Positions 16,872 to 25,275 of a stretch of 64,000 bases of DNA are shown here, piece by piece (position 1 is the stretch's first letter; the number at the start of each line of letters is the position of its first letter). The notes below the pieces were generated by a model. The model was not told the origin of the DNA and ran no database searches. It worked only from the letters and a program-made list of their open reading frames with translations. Source of the DNA: an uncultured Methanospirillum sp. (GTDB lineage: Archaea; Halobacteriota; Methanomicrobia; Methanomicrobiales; Methanospirillaceae). The stretch covers positions 41,100 to 105,099 of the forward strand of contig CAZCUJ010000003.1 in assembly GCA_964501565.1 (NCBI GenBank). Direction: 5' to 3'. The position numbers were made by a program, and so were the translations under genes.

Positions 16872-18335
16872 CTACGACACCGGCGCCTCGCCGGGCCGCT
16901 CGAGCGCGAGGCCGAGGAGCCGGTCGAGGTCGACGTGCTCCGCGACGAGCGCCGCGAGCCGGGCGTAAGGGTCGTCCTCGTCCCTGGACTCGTACGAGAG
17001 CCCCCGCCGCTCGAAGAGGAACGCGAGGAGACCATCGACCGCGCACGGGTTCTGAAAGAGGCCGTGCAGGTACGTCCCGATCACCAGCCCGTCCTCGCTG
17101 ACCGCTCCTTCCTCGCCGAACGCGGGCGAGACTCCCGGGTCGCGCTCGGTCTCTCCCATGTGGATCTCGTACCCGGCCACGGTCTCCATCCGGGAGAGGA
17201 TCGGGCCGACTGGCCGGGCCGACCGGACGGCCTGGCGGGTGGTCTTCTCGTACGCCGCGAAGCGGGTTTCCACACCGAGCAGCCCGAGCCCGGGCAGGCT
17301 GCCGACGCGGTCCTCGACCCCGTCGTCCTCGACCTGCCGCCCGAGCATCTGGAACCCGCCGCAGATACCGATGATGGGAACCCCCGCCGATCGGGCGCGG
17401 GACACCTCGTCCGCACCGCCCGAGGCGAGAAGGTGAGCCAGGTCCTCCATCGTGTTCTTGGTCCCTGGCAATATCACGCAGTCGTACCCGTCGAGCGGTT
17501 CGCCCGGCCGGACGTAGTCGACCGCCACCCGCCGCTCGAGGGCCTCGAAGTCCGTGAAGTTCGAGATCCTCGGGAACCGCACGACCGCGATCCGGACCGG
17601 GTGATCCCCAGGGCTCTTGTCGCCGATCGAGAGCGAGTCCTCGCTCGGCAGCTCGAGGTCGGCGTAGGGCAGGACGCCGAGGACAGGAACGCCCGCGAGC
17701 TCCTCGATGATCCCAACCCCATCTTCGAAGAGCGCGGGATCGCCGCGGAACTTATTGACGATGACCCCGCGCACGAGCGGGCGCACGGGCGCGGGCAGGA
17801 GGGCGATGGTGCCGCAGATCTGCGCGAAGACCCCGCCCCGCTCGATGTCCGCAACCAGCACGATCGGCAGACCGAGCCGCCCGGCGAGGAGCATGTTCGC
17901 GATGTCGCGGCCGTAGAGGTTCACCTCCGCGGCCCCCCCGGCCCCCTCGACGACGATGCAGTCATGGTCGGCCGCCAGGCGGTCGAAGGCCTCCAGGGCG
18001 CGTTCGAGCAGCGCGTCCGTCTCTCGGTAGTAGTCGGCGATAGCCACGTCGCGGTACGGCCGGCCCATCAGCACGACCTGTGACGTCCGGTCCCCCTTCG
18101 GCTTGAGGAGGATCGGGTTCATCTCGGCGCGCGGCTCGACGCGCGCGGCGAACGCCTGCATGGCCTGGGCGATCCCGATCTCGGCCCCGTCGCGGGTCAC
18201 GTACGAGTTCAGGCTCATGTTCTGGGACTTGAACGGCGCGACCGAGACCCCGCGGTCGGAGAGGAGCCGGCAGATGGCGGCGACGACCGTGCTCTTGCCG
18301 ACGTGCGAGGCGGTGCCAAGGATCATCAGGGACAC
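16872..18335 (-). CDS. cobQ: cobyric acid synthase
   Basis: 487 aa. '[22 protein letters not shown]' is a P-loop-like CobQ N-domain. The C-terminal GATase domain has '[10 protein letters not shown]' and 'GYEIHMGET'. Confidence 0.9.
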   Translation of the reverse strand: MSLMILGTASHVGKSTVVAAICRLLSDRGVSVAPFKSQNMSLNSYVTRDGAEIGIAQAMQAFAARVEPRAEMNPILLKPKGDRTSQVVLMGRPYRDVAIADYYRETDALLERALEAFDRLAADHDCIVVEGAGGAAEVNLYGRDIANMLLAGRLGLPIVLVADIERGGVFAQICGTIALLPAPVRPLVRGVIVNKFRGDPALFEDGVGIIEELAGVPVLGVLPYADLELPSEDSLSIGDKSPGDHPVRIAVVRFPRISNFTDFEALERRVAVDYVRPGEPLDGYDCVILPGTKNTMEDLAHLLASGGADEVSRARSAGVPIIGICGGFQMLGRQVEDDGVEDRVGSLPGLGLLGVETRFAAYEKTTRQAVRSARPVGPILSRMETVAGYEIHMGETERDPGVSPAFGEEGAVSEDGLVIGTYLHGLFQNPCAVDGLLAFLFERRGLSYESRDEDDPYARLAALVAEHVDLDRLLGLALERPGEAPVS

Positions 18336-18431
18336 GAGGAGACGCTCCGGGGGCGGCGACGGGGCCGGGGAGGGAACCCGTGGGCCGCGTTATGCCAACA
18401 AATATATAAGCAGAACTGGAATTTAGATGTA

Positions 18432-18737
18432 ATGAGTGGAGGGATCTGTTCCACCTGTGGATTACCCAGTGAGCTGTGCATCTGCGAAGAGGTCGCCAAG
18501 GAGCAGCAGAGGATCAACGTCATCGTCAACCGGCGCCGGTACGGCAAGGAGGTCACCGTGATCGAGGGGCTCGATCCCGCGGACATCGATCTCCAGGACC
18601 TGACCAAGTACCTCAAGGGCCGACTGGCCTGCGGCGGGACGGTGAAGGGCAGCTCGATCGAGCTCCAGGGCGAGCACCGCGACCGGGTCAAGGAACTTCT
18701 GTCCAAGAAAGGATACTCACTCGATAATATTACCTGA
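18432..18737 (+). CDS. sui1: translation initiation factor aSUI1 (eIF1 homologue)
   Basis: 101 aa. '[15 protein letters not shown]' is the archaeal N-terminal zinc knuckle. '[13 protein letters not shown]...[30 protein letters not shown]' is the SUI1 fold. Confidence 0.9.
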   Translation: MSGGICSTCGLPSELCICEEVAKEQQRINVIVNRRRYGKEVTVIEGLDPADIDLQDLTKYLKGRLACGGTVKGSSIELQGEHRDRVKELLSKKGYSLDNIT

Positions 18738-18751
18738 ACCGCCGCAGTACC

Positions 18752-18758
18752 TTTTTTT
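18752..18758 (+). terminator. oligo-T tract (archaeal-type terminator) after sui1
   Basis: A T7 run lies 15 nt after the sui1 stop codon. Confidence 0.5.
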
Positions 18759-18800
18759 CCCACCGTGCCGAGCTAACTACGCACGGCAGGAGCCGTTACC

Positions 18801-20249
18801 ATGTCCGCGAACGCCGCCGAAGAACCGGCCGGTCGCCTGAAGGCGCTCGGCACCGAACTCGGGACGCTGCAGCGCTCGCTCCACACCCGCGGCGTCCCGG
18901 TCATCATCGTGGTCGAGGGCTGGAACGCCTCGGGGATCTCAGACGCGGTCGCGGCCCTCCTCCATGGATTCGACCCCCGGGGCGTCGACTTCCACGCGAT
19001 CGGTCGGCCCGGCGAGGAGGAACGGGACCACCATTTCATCCGGCGGTTCTGGGTCAGGACGCCGGTCCGCGGCAGGGTCGCGGTCTTCGCGCGGTCGTGG
19101 TACTCCCGGGCACTGGCCGAGGAGGCGACCGGCATCGACTGGGAGCACCGGCTCGAACGGACCGTCGGCTCCATCGCCACCTTCGAGAGGCAGCTGGCCG
19201 ACGGCGGGGCCCTGATCCTGAAGTTCTTCCTGCAGATCAGCAGGGACGAGCAGCGGCGCCGGCTGCTCGCCCGGGAGCGGGACCCGCTGACCTCGTGGCT
19301 GATTACCCAGAACGACTGGGACTTCCACCGCCAGTACGACGAACTGACGCCCGTCATCGATCAGGTGCGCCGGGCGACGGACGTGCCGTGGGCCCCCTGG
19401 TGCGTGGTCGACGCCGAGCAGCCGGGCCCGGCCATCGAGCAGGTGCTCTCGACCGTGGCCAAGCGCTTCCGCGCCTGGCTCGACGAGCCCGGGGAGACGG
19501 AAGGGCACCGTGTTCCGCCGCTCCCCCCGATCGCCGGGGAGTCGCTCCTGGACCGCGTGGACCTCGCGCGCAGCATGGGCGACCGCGAATACGCCCGGCT
19601 CTCGCCGGTGTGCCAGGAACGACTCCGTGCGGCGCAATACTCACTCTCGCGCAGGGGCATCCCGCTCGTGATCGTGTACGAGGGCTGGGACGCCGCCGGC
19701 AAGGGGGGGTCGATCAAGCGGATGGTGACGCCCATGAACCCCCGCCTGTGCACGGTCGTGCCGGTCGGGCGGCCGACGTCCGAGGAACTCGCGCATCACT
19801 ACCTCTGGCGGTTCTACCGGCAGTTCCCACGGGCTGGCGAGATCCGGATCTTCGACCGGTCGTGGTACGGCCGCGTCCTGGTGGAGCGCGTGGAGGGACT
19901 GGCGACCGAGTCGCAGTGGCGGCGGGCCTACACCGAGATCAACGAGATGGAGCAGACCTACGTCGAGGACGGCGGCGGGCTCGTCAAGTTCTGGCTCGAG
20001 ATCGATCCGAAGACCCAGCTCAAGCGGTTCCGGGATCGCGAGGAGGACCCGGCGAAGCAGTGGAAGATCACGGAGGAGGACTGGCGCAACCGCGAGAGAT
20101 GGCCCCAATACGCCGAGGCCGTGCGCGAGATGCTCGCGAGGACGAGCACCCAGGCCGCTCCATGGACCGTGATCGAGTCAAACGACAAGCAGTATGCCCG
20201 GATCAAGGCCAAGCGGACCGTGATCGAGTACGTCGAGGGGCTGCTCTAG
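18801..20249 (+). CDS. ppk2: two-domain polyphosphate kinase 2 (polyphosphate:AMP/NMP phosphotransferase type)
   Basis: 482 aa with two tandem PPK2 modules. The C-module has Walker A 'YEGWDAAGKGGSIKR' and 'FDRSWYGRVLVERVEG'. The N-module reads 'VEGWNASGISDAV', so its Walker A is degenerate. Confidence 0.85.
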   Translation: MSANAAEEPAGRLKALGTELGTLQRSLHTRGVPVIIVVEGWNASGISDAVAALLHGFDPRGVDFHAIGRPGEEERDHHFIRRFWVRTPVRGRVAVFARSWYSRALAEEATGIDWEHRLERTVGSIATFERQLADGGALILKFFLQISRDEQRRRLLARERDPLTSWLITQNDWDFHRQYDELTPVIDQVRRATDVPWAPWCVVDAEQPGPAIEQVLSTVAKRFRAWLDEPGETEGHRVPPLPPIAGESLLDRVDLARSMGDREYARLSPVCQERLRAAQYSLSRRGIPLVIVYEGWDAAGKGGSIKRMVTPMNPRLCTVVPVGRPTSEELAHHYLWRFYRQFPRAGEIRIFDRSWYGRVLVERVEGLATESQWRRAYTEINEMEQTYVEDGGGLVKFWLEIDPKTQLKRFRDREEDPAKQWKITEEDWRNRERWPQYAEAVREMLARTSTQAAPWTVIESNDKQYARIKAKRTVIEYVEGLL

Positions 20250-20533
20250 GGGAGGTTGCCCTCACCCGTGCAGCCGCGCTGCCGCGCCTCGCTCATCTCG
20301 ACCAGGACCTCGAAGAGTCGCTGCACGGCCGTCGGGTCGACTCCGCGCTCGACCGCACGGTCGAAGGCCCGGTTCAGAACCTCGCGCCGCCGTTCCTCGT
20401 CCCGGATGGGCAGGTGCCCGGTGTACTTCAGCCGCGCGATCCGACCGGCGCTGTCCTGGCGCCGGCCGACGAGTTCGATGATCTCAGCGTCGATCCGGTC
20501 AATCTCATCGCGCAGTTCCTCCAGCGTCGCCAT
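20246..20533 (-). CDS. chorismate mutase (AroQ class)
   Basis: 95 aa. 'LEELRDEIDRIDAEIIELVGRRQDSAGRIARLK...RDEERRREVL' is the AroQ helical signature. It is convergent with ppk2, with a 4-bp overlap. Confidence 0.8.
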   Translation of the reverse strand: MATLEELRDEIDRIDAEIIELVGRRQDSAGRIARLKYTGHLPIRDEERRREVLNRAFDRAVERGVDPTAVQRLFEVLVEMSEARQRGCTGEGNLP

Positions 20534-20663
20534 CGCGGATCTGGGTCTGCGGGTGGAGTGATAAAGGAGTCGCTATCGCGACCCGTATTTCGTTCGAGCG
20601 GCGGGGTGCGGAGGTCGGCAAAACTGGAAATACCCGCGGCCCCGATCTCTATGGGATTGCCCG

Positions 20664-21269
20664 ATGCTCGAACGGATCCCCCGCCGCGAACGGATCGACC
20701 TCGCTATCGCCTGGCTCGCGATCGCGGTGGCGTTCACGATCGCGCGGTTCAACCTGCTCGGCGGCGGCCGGATCGACCCCGTCTCGGCGCTCGTCGTCTT
20801 CCTCATCTCCCTGTTCACGGTCGGCGTCGGGTTCGTCCTCCACGAGCTCGCCCACAAGTTCATGGCCATGCGCTTCGGCTACTGGGCGGAGTTTCGCAAG
20901 GACAACCAGATGCTGCTGATCGCGGTCGTGCTCGCGGCGCTGGCGGGCGTTGTCTTCGCGGCGCCAGGGGCCACGGTCGTCTACGGCGACCGGATCGACC
21001 GCCGGCAGAACGGCCTGATCTCGGCCGCGGGACCGGCGGCCAGCATCGCCCTCGCCCTCGCCTTCATGGTCCCTGCCTTCGCTGCCTCTGGCTCGATCAT
21101 CGGGGTGCTGGGGCTGGCCGGGCTCCAGATCAACGCGATGATAGCGGCCTTCAACATGCTCCCCGTCTCGGTCCTCGACGGTCGGAAGGTCCTCGAATGG
21201 AACATCGGGGCCTTCCTGGTCCTGATCGTGGCGGCCTTCGGGCTGGTCTACGTCGCCCTGACGGTCTAG
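20664..21269 (+). CDS. membrane metalloprotease, M50/site-2-protease-like
   Basis: 201 aa with several TM helices. The HExxH motif 'VLHELAHKF' lies within a TM segment and 'NMLPVSVLDGRKV' matches the NxxPxxxLDG motif. Confidence 0.7.
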   Translation: MLERIPRRERIDLAIAWLAIAVAFTIARFNLLGGGRIDPVSALVVFLISLFTVGVGFVLHELAHKFMAMRFGYWAEFRKDNQMLLIAVVLAALAGVVFAAPGATVVYGDRIDRRQNGLISAAGPAASIALALAFMVPAFAASGSIIGVLGLAGLQINAMIAAFNMLPVSVLDGRKVLEWNIGAFLVLIVAAFGLVYVALTV

Positions 21270-21323
21270 ACGGGGTGGTGCCCCCCCGGGGGGCAACCAT
21301 CATGTAGCCCACGCTCGTATGAA

Positions 21324-21932
21324 ATGGGGATGAGCACGAAGGGCCTCGCCGCGCTCGCGCTGATCGCGCTCTGCGCGGCCCTCCTCGCGGCCGGCTGTAT
21401 GTCCGGGACCGGCACGCCGACGCCGACGCCGACCCCCGCGGCAGCGACCACCGCGCCGGTCGACGTTCCCGCCTCGAAGCAGGCGGTGCTGCACACGACC
21501 ATGGGCGACATCACCGTCGCCCTCTACGACGACATGCCGGTCACGGCCGGCAACTTCGAGAAGCTCGTCCGTGAAGGCTTCTACACGAACGTTTCGTTCC
21601 ACCGCGTCATCGACGACTTCATGATCCAGGGCGGCGACCCCACCGGCACCGGGAGTGGCGACGCCGGGTACGAGATCGCGGACGAGTTCCCCGCGAACCG
21701 CGGGAACCGGAACGACCGCGGCACCATCTCGATGGCGAACAGTGGGCCGAATACCGGCAGTTCGCAGTTCTTCATCAACCTCGTCGACAACAACTACCTC
21801 GATACCAAGCACCCGGTCTTCGGGCGCGTCGTCGAGGGGATGGAGATCGTCGACGCGATCGGCAGGGTCCCTGTCGACGCCGCCGACCGGCCGCTCACGC
21901 CCGTCACCATCACCTCGGCGGAGATGCGCTGA
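21324..21932 (+). CDS. cyclophilin-type peptidyl-prolyl isomerase with signal peptide/lipobox and TP-rich linker
   Basis: 202 aa. 'ALLAAGC' is lipobox-like, followed by 'GTGTPTPTPTPAAATTAP'. The cyclophilin core has 'FHRVIDDFMIQGGDPTGTG' and 'GTISMANSGPNTGSSQFFI'. Confidence 0.9.
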   Translation: MGMSTKGLAALALIALCAALLAAGCMSGTGTPTPTPTPAAATTAPVDVPASKQAVLHTTMGDITVALYDDMPVTAGNFEKLVREGFYTNVSFHRVIDDFMIQGGDPTGTGSGDAGYEIADEFPANRGNRNDRGTISMANSGPNTGSSQFFINLVDNNYLDTKHPVFGRVVEGMEIVDAIGRVPVDAADRPLTPVTITSAEMR

Positions 21933-21983
21933 GGGGTTCCTCCCCCCTCCTCCAGCCACGCTGACCAGAGACAGAGGACGACC

Positions 21984-22463
21984 ATGACACTCACGATACC
22001 CGTATCCAACAAGGTCGTGCTGCACACGACCATGGGCGACATCACGATCGCCCTCTACGACGATATGCCCGTGACGGCCGGCAACTTCGAGAAACTCGTC
22101 CGCGACGGCTTCTACAGCAACGTCCCGTTCCACCGCGTCATCGACCGGTTCATGATCCAGGGCGGCGACCCCACCGGCACCGGTACGGGTGGCCCGGGAT
22201 ACCAGATCCGTGACGAGTTCCCGGCGGGCCGGTCGAACCGGAACGACCGCGGTACCATATCGATGGCGAACGCAGGGGCCAACACGGGTGGCTCGCAGTT
22301 CTTCATCAACCTCGTCGACAACAACTACCTCGACACCAAGCACCCGGTCTTCGGCCGGGTCGTCGAGGGGATGGAGATCGTTGACGCGATCGGGAAGGTG
22401 CCGGTCGATGCGGGCGACCGGCCAGTGACGCCGGTTGTCATCACTTCCGCCTCGATGGCCTGA
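21984..22463 (+). CDS. cyclophilin-type peptidyl-prolyl isomerase (cytoplasmic paralogue)
   Basis: 159 aa. 'FHRVIDRFMIQGGDPTGTG' and 'GTISMANAGANTGGSQFFI'. It is near-identical at the DNA level to the core of the upstream gene. Confidence 0.9.
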   Translation: MTLTIPVSNKVVLHTTMGDITIALYDDMPVTAGNFEKLVRDGFYSNVPFHRVIDRFMIQGGDPTGTGTGGPGYQIRDEFPAGRSNRNDRGTISMANAGANTGGSQFFINLVDNNYLDTKHPVFGRVVEGMEIVDAIGKVPVDAGDRPVTPVVITSASMA

Positions 22464-22550
22464 TCACCCCCTCCTTTTCGCGCGGGTCGCGGCCGACGGC
22501 AATCTTTATCAAGCACCTCATCCACAGTTGCTGAGAACGAGGCACATAAC

Positions 22551-22826
22551 ATGGGCAAACCGGTTCTTATCGACTTTTACGCCGACTGGTGCGGGCCCTG
22601 CAAGATGCAGACCCCGATCATCGAGAAGCTGAAGGAGCGCATGGGCGACAAGATCGAGGTCCGCAAGCTCGACGTCGATCAACACATGAAGGAGGCGACC
22701 GACTACAAGATCAGCGTTGTTCCCACCCTGGTCATCGAGAAGGACGGCAAGGTCGTGCGGCGGCTCGAGGGGGTGACGGGCGCGGCCGAACTCGAGCAGA
22801 TCCTCGCCCCCCTGGTGAACGAGTGA
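22551..22826 (+). CDS. trx: thioredoxin
   Basis: 91 aa. The active site is 'DFYADWCGPCKM'; 'VPTLVIEKDGKVV' is also present. Confidence 0.9.
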   Translation: MGKPVLIDFYADWCGPCKMQTPIIEKLKERMGDKIEVRKLDVDQHMKEATDYKISVVPTLVIEKDGKVVRRLEGVTGAAELEQILAPLVNE

Positions 22827-23470
22827 GGATCGGGATCATCGGCGGCACCGGCGGGATAGGCGAGGGCATGGCCATGCGCCTCTCCCAGTTCCACGAGGTC
22901 CTGCTCGGCTCCCGCGACGCGGCCAGGGCCGGCGCGACCAGCCGGGAGTGCCGCCTCGAGGTCGAACGGCGGGGCCGCCCCTGCTCGCTCGAGAGCGGCA
23001 CGAACCGTGACGCGGCCGAGTTCGGCGAGCTGGCCATCGTCGCGCTCCGGTTCGAGCACCTGATCAGCACGCTGGGATCGCTTCCCGGCCTCGAGGGCAG
23101 GGTCGTAATCTCGCCGGTGAACCCGATCACGCGGGGGGAGTTCTTCTCCAGCACCCGTCCGCCTGAGGGGTCCGCGGCATCCCTCGTACAGCGGCTCCTT
23201 CCCGGCTCGAGAGTGGTGGCGGCGTTCAACGCGATCGCGTCGAACCGCTGGAGGGCGCTCGACGAGCCGCTCGAAGACTCGGTCCCCGTCTGCGCCGACG
23301 ATCCAGCCGCCAAGGCGACGGTCATGGGCCTCATCGAGGACGTGCCGCGGCTGCGGGCCCACGACGCGGGGCCGCTCGCCGCCGCCAGCATGGTCGAGTG
23401 CCTCGCCCCCCTGCTTCTGAACGTCGGCAGGTACGACCGGATGCCGGATGCCGGGATCCAGTTCCGATAG
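22823..23470 (+). CDS. npdG: NADPH-dependent F420 reductase
   Basis: GTG start overlapping the trx stop (GTGA). 'RIGIIGGTGGIGEGMAMRL...VLLGSRD' is a Rossmann N-terminus typical of NpdG. The protein is ~215 aa. Confidence 0.75.
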   Translation: MRIGIIGGTGGIGEGMAMRLSQFHEVLLGSRDAARAGATSRECRLEVERRGRPCSLESGTNRDAAEFGELAIVALRFEHLISTLGSLPGLEGRVVISPVNPITRGEFFSSTRPPEGSAASLVQRLLPGSRVVAAFNAIASNRWRALDEPLEDSVPVCADDPAAKATVMGLIEDVPRLRAHDAGPLAAASMVECLAPLLLNVGRYDRMPDAGIQFR

Positions 23471-24089
23471 GGACCGTCTCCGGGGGCTGGTCGGGGCGCT
23501 CGCGGTCCGCTTCGGCCCGATACCCTGGTGGCAGGCGCCGCCCGAGGAGGTAATGATCGGCGCGATCCTGGTCCAGCAGACGCGCTGGGAGAACGTCCGT
23601 GTCGCCCTCGAACGCCTGCGTGCCGCCGGTCTGCTCTCGCTCACGGCGATCGACACGGCCCCTGACGGTACGGTCGAGGAGGCTGTCCGCTGCGCCGGGT
23701 TCTTCCGGGTCAAGACCCGCCGCCTCAAGGCGCTGGCCCGGTTCGTCCTCAAGTCGTACGGCTCGGTCGAGGCGATGGCGGCAGCTCCCTCGGACGAGCT
23801 CCGCCGGGGACTCCTCGAGGTCACGGGAGTCGGCGAGGAGACGGCGGACGCGATCCTCTGCTACGCGTTCGGGCGGTGCGCGTTCGTGATCGACGCCTAT
23901 ACACGTCGAATCTGCGCCTGCGCCGGGGTCGCGGAGCCGCCCGGCGGGTACCGGTCCCTCTTCGAGGACGTCCTGCCGCGCGAGAACGCGCCGTACCGCC
24001 AGACCCATGCGCATATGGTCGAGTACGGCAAACGCTACTGCAGCAGGAGACGGTGCGAGGAATGCTCGATTCGGAGTTCGAACGCATAG
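23448..24089 (+). CDS. endonuclease III-related HhH-GPD protein
   Basis: 213 aa. 'MIGAILVQQTRWENV', 'LLEVTGVGEETADAILCYAF' (HhH) and 'FVIDAYTRRI' are present, with a C-terminal Cys cluster 'CSRRRCEEC'. Confidence 0.75.
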   Translation: MPGSSSDRDRLRGLVGALAVRFGPIPWWQAPPEEVMIGAILVQQTRWENVRVALERLRAAGLLSLTAIDTAPDGTVEEAVRCAGFFRVKTRRLKALARFVLKSYGSVEAMAAAPSDELRRGLLEVTGVGEETADAILCYAFGRCAFVIDAYTRRICACAGVAEPPGGYRSLFEDVLPRENAPYRQTHAHMVEYGKRYCSRRRCEECSIRSSNA

Positions 24090-24601
24090 GCCGGCGCCTC
24101 GTGGCCGGCGGTCTCGTGGGTGCCAGCTTCGGGAACCTCTCCGTCCGCGGTGACGGCACGATCCGGATCAGCCGGACCGGATGCTGCCTCGACGAGCCCG
24201 GGGAACCCGTCGAGGTCCCGCTCGCGGGCACGGCACCGCCGGAGGCCTCGTCCGAGTACCGTGTCCACCGCGCCGCCTACCTCGGGACGGGTCACCGGGC
24301 GATCGTCCACGCCCACCCCGTTCACGCGGTCGCGGCCTCGCTCCTCTTCGACGAGATCCGGCCGCTCGACTCTGAGGGAGAGATGTTCTGCCCCCTGATC
24401 CCCGTCGTCACGGGAAAGCCCGGGACAGACGCGCTCGCGAAGGCCGTCGCCCGGGGGCTCGCCCGGTCGCCGGTGGTGATCGCCCGGGGACACGGGACCT
24501 TCGCGGGGGGCGCCACGCTCGACGAGGCATACCTCCTCACCTCGCTCGCCGAACACGCCTGCCACGTGCTCCTCCTCGTCGAGGCGCACCGGCGGGGGTG
24601 A
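24062..24601 (+). CDS. class II aldolase/adducin-family protein (MtnB/FucA-like)
   Basis: 179 aa. 'GASFGNLSVR', 'EASSEYRVHRAAY' and 'AIVHAHPVHAVA' (metal-binding His) are present. The stop overlaps the next gene. Confidence 0.8.
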   Translation: MLDSEFERIGRRLVAGGLVGASFGNLSVRGDGTIRISRTGCCLDEPGEPVEVPLAGTAPPEASSEYRVHRAAYLGTGHRAIVHAHPVHAVAASLLFDEIRPLDSEGEMFCPLIPVVTGKPGTDALAKAVARGLARSPVVIARGHGTFAGGATLDEAYLLTSLAEHACHVLLLVEAHRRG

Positions 24602-25275
24602 GCGTGCTCGCGATCGTCGGCGGCACGAGCCTTCTCGGCTGCCCGCTACCCCCCCTCGAGCCGCGCAGGGTCCCGACCCCGTTCGGGCCGGCGTCCGTGC
24701 TCGCGGGCGAGGACTGCATCGTCCTGCTCCGGCACGACGGCGGCCGGCCCCCGCACCGGCTCAACCACCGCGCGAACATGGCCGCGCTCGCCCTCGCGGG
24801 CGCGGACCGGGTCGTGCTGATCGGCTCGACCGGCTCGCTCCGGCCGGAGCTCGCCCCGGGCTCCCTGGTGGTGCCCGACGACTACGCGACGGCGGCGCCC
24901 GTGCCGACGGTCCACGACCGGGCCCTCGTCCACGTCTCGCCCGGGTTCTCTCCCGGGCTCACCGGGCGGATGGCATCGCTGGTGCCCGGCGCTGTCCGCG
25001 GCGGGGTCTACGTCCAGACGCAGGGGCCGCGGCTCGAGACCCGCGCCGAGGTGCGGGCGCTCGCCTCCTTCGCCGACGTGGTCGGGATGACCTGCGCCTC
25101 GGAGGCCGCGCTCGCGAACGAGCTGGAGATCGAGGTGGCCGCGCTCTGCACGGTCGAGAACTACGCCCACGGCGTCGCGGACTGCGCGGTCTCGTTCGAG
25201 GAGATCGTCGAGGCGGCCCGGGCGAACGCCGACCGCATGGCCGGGATCGTGCGGCGGCTGATCAATGAGTTGTGA
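24598..25275 (+). CDS. MTAP-family nucleoside phosphorylase (methylthioadenosine/methylthioinosine phosphorylase-like)
   Basis: 225 aa. 'LAIVGGTSLLG', 'HRLNHRANMAAL', 'VQTQGPRLETRAEV' and 'VGMTCASEAALANE' fit the MTAP/PNP family-2 pattern. Confidence 0.75.
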   Translation: MSVLAIVGGTSLLGCPLPPLEPRRVPTPFGPASVLAGEDCIVLLRHDGGRPPHRLNHRANMAALALAGADRVVLIGSTGSLRPELAPGSLVVPDDYATAAPVPTVHDRALVHVSPGFSPGLTGRMASLVPGAVRGGVYVQTQGPRLETRAEVRALASFADVVGMTCASEAALANELEIEVAALCTVENYAHGVADCAVSFEEIVEAARANADRMAGIVRRLINEL

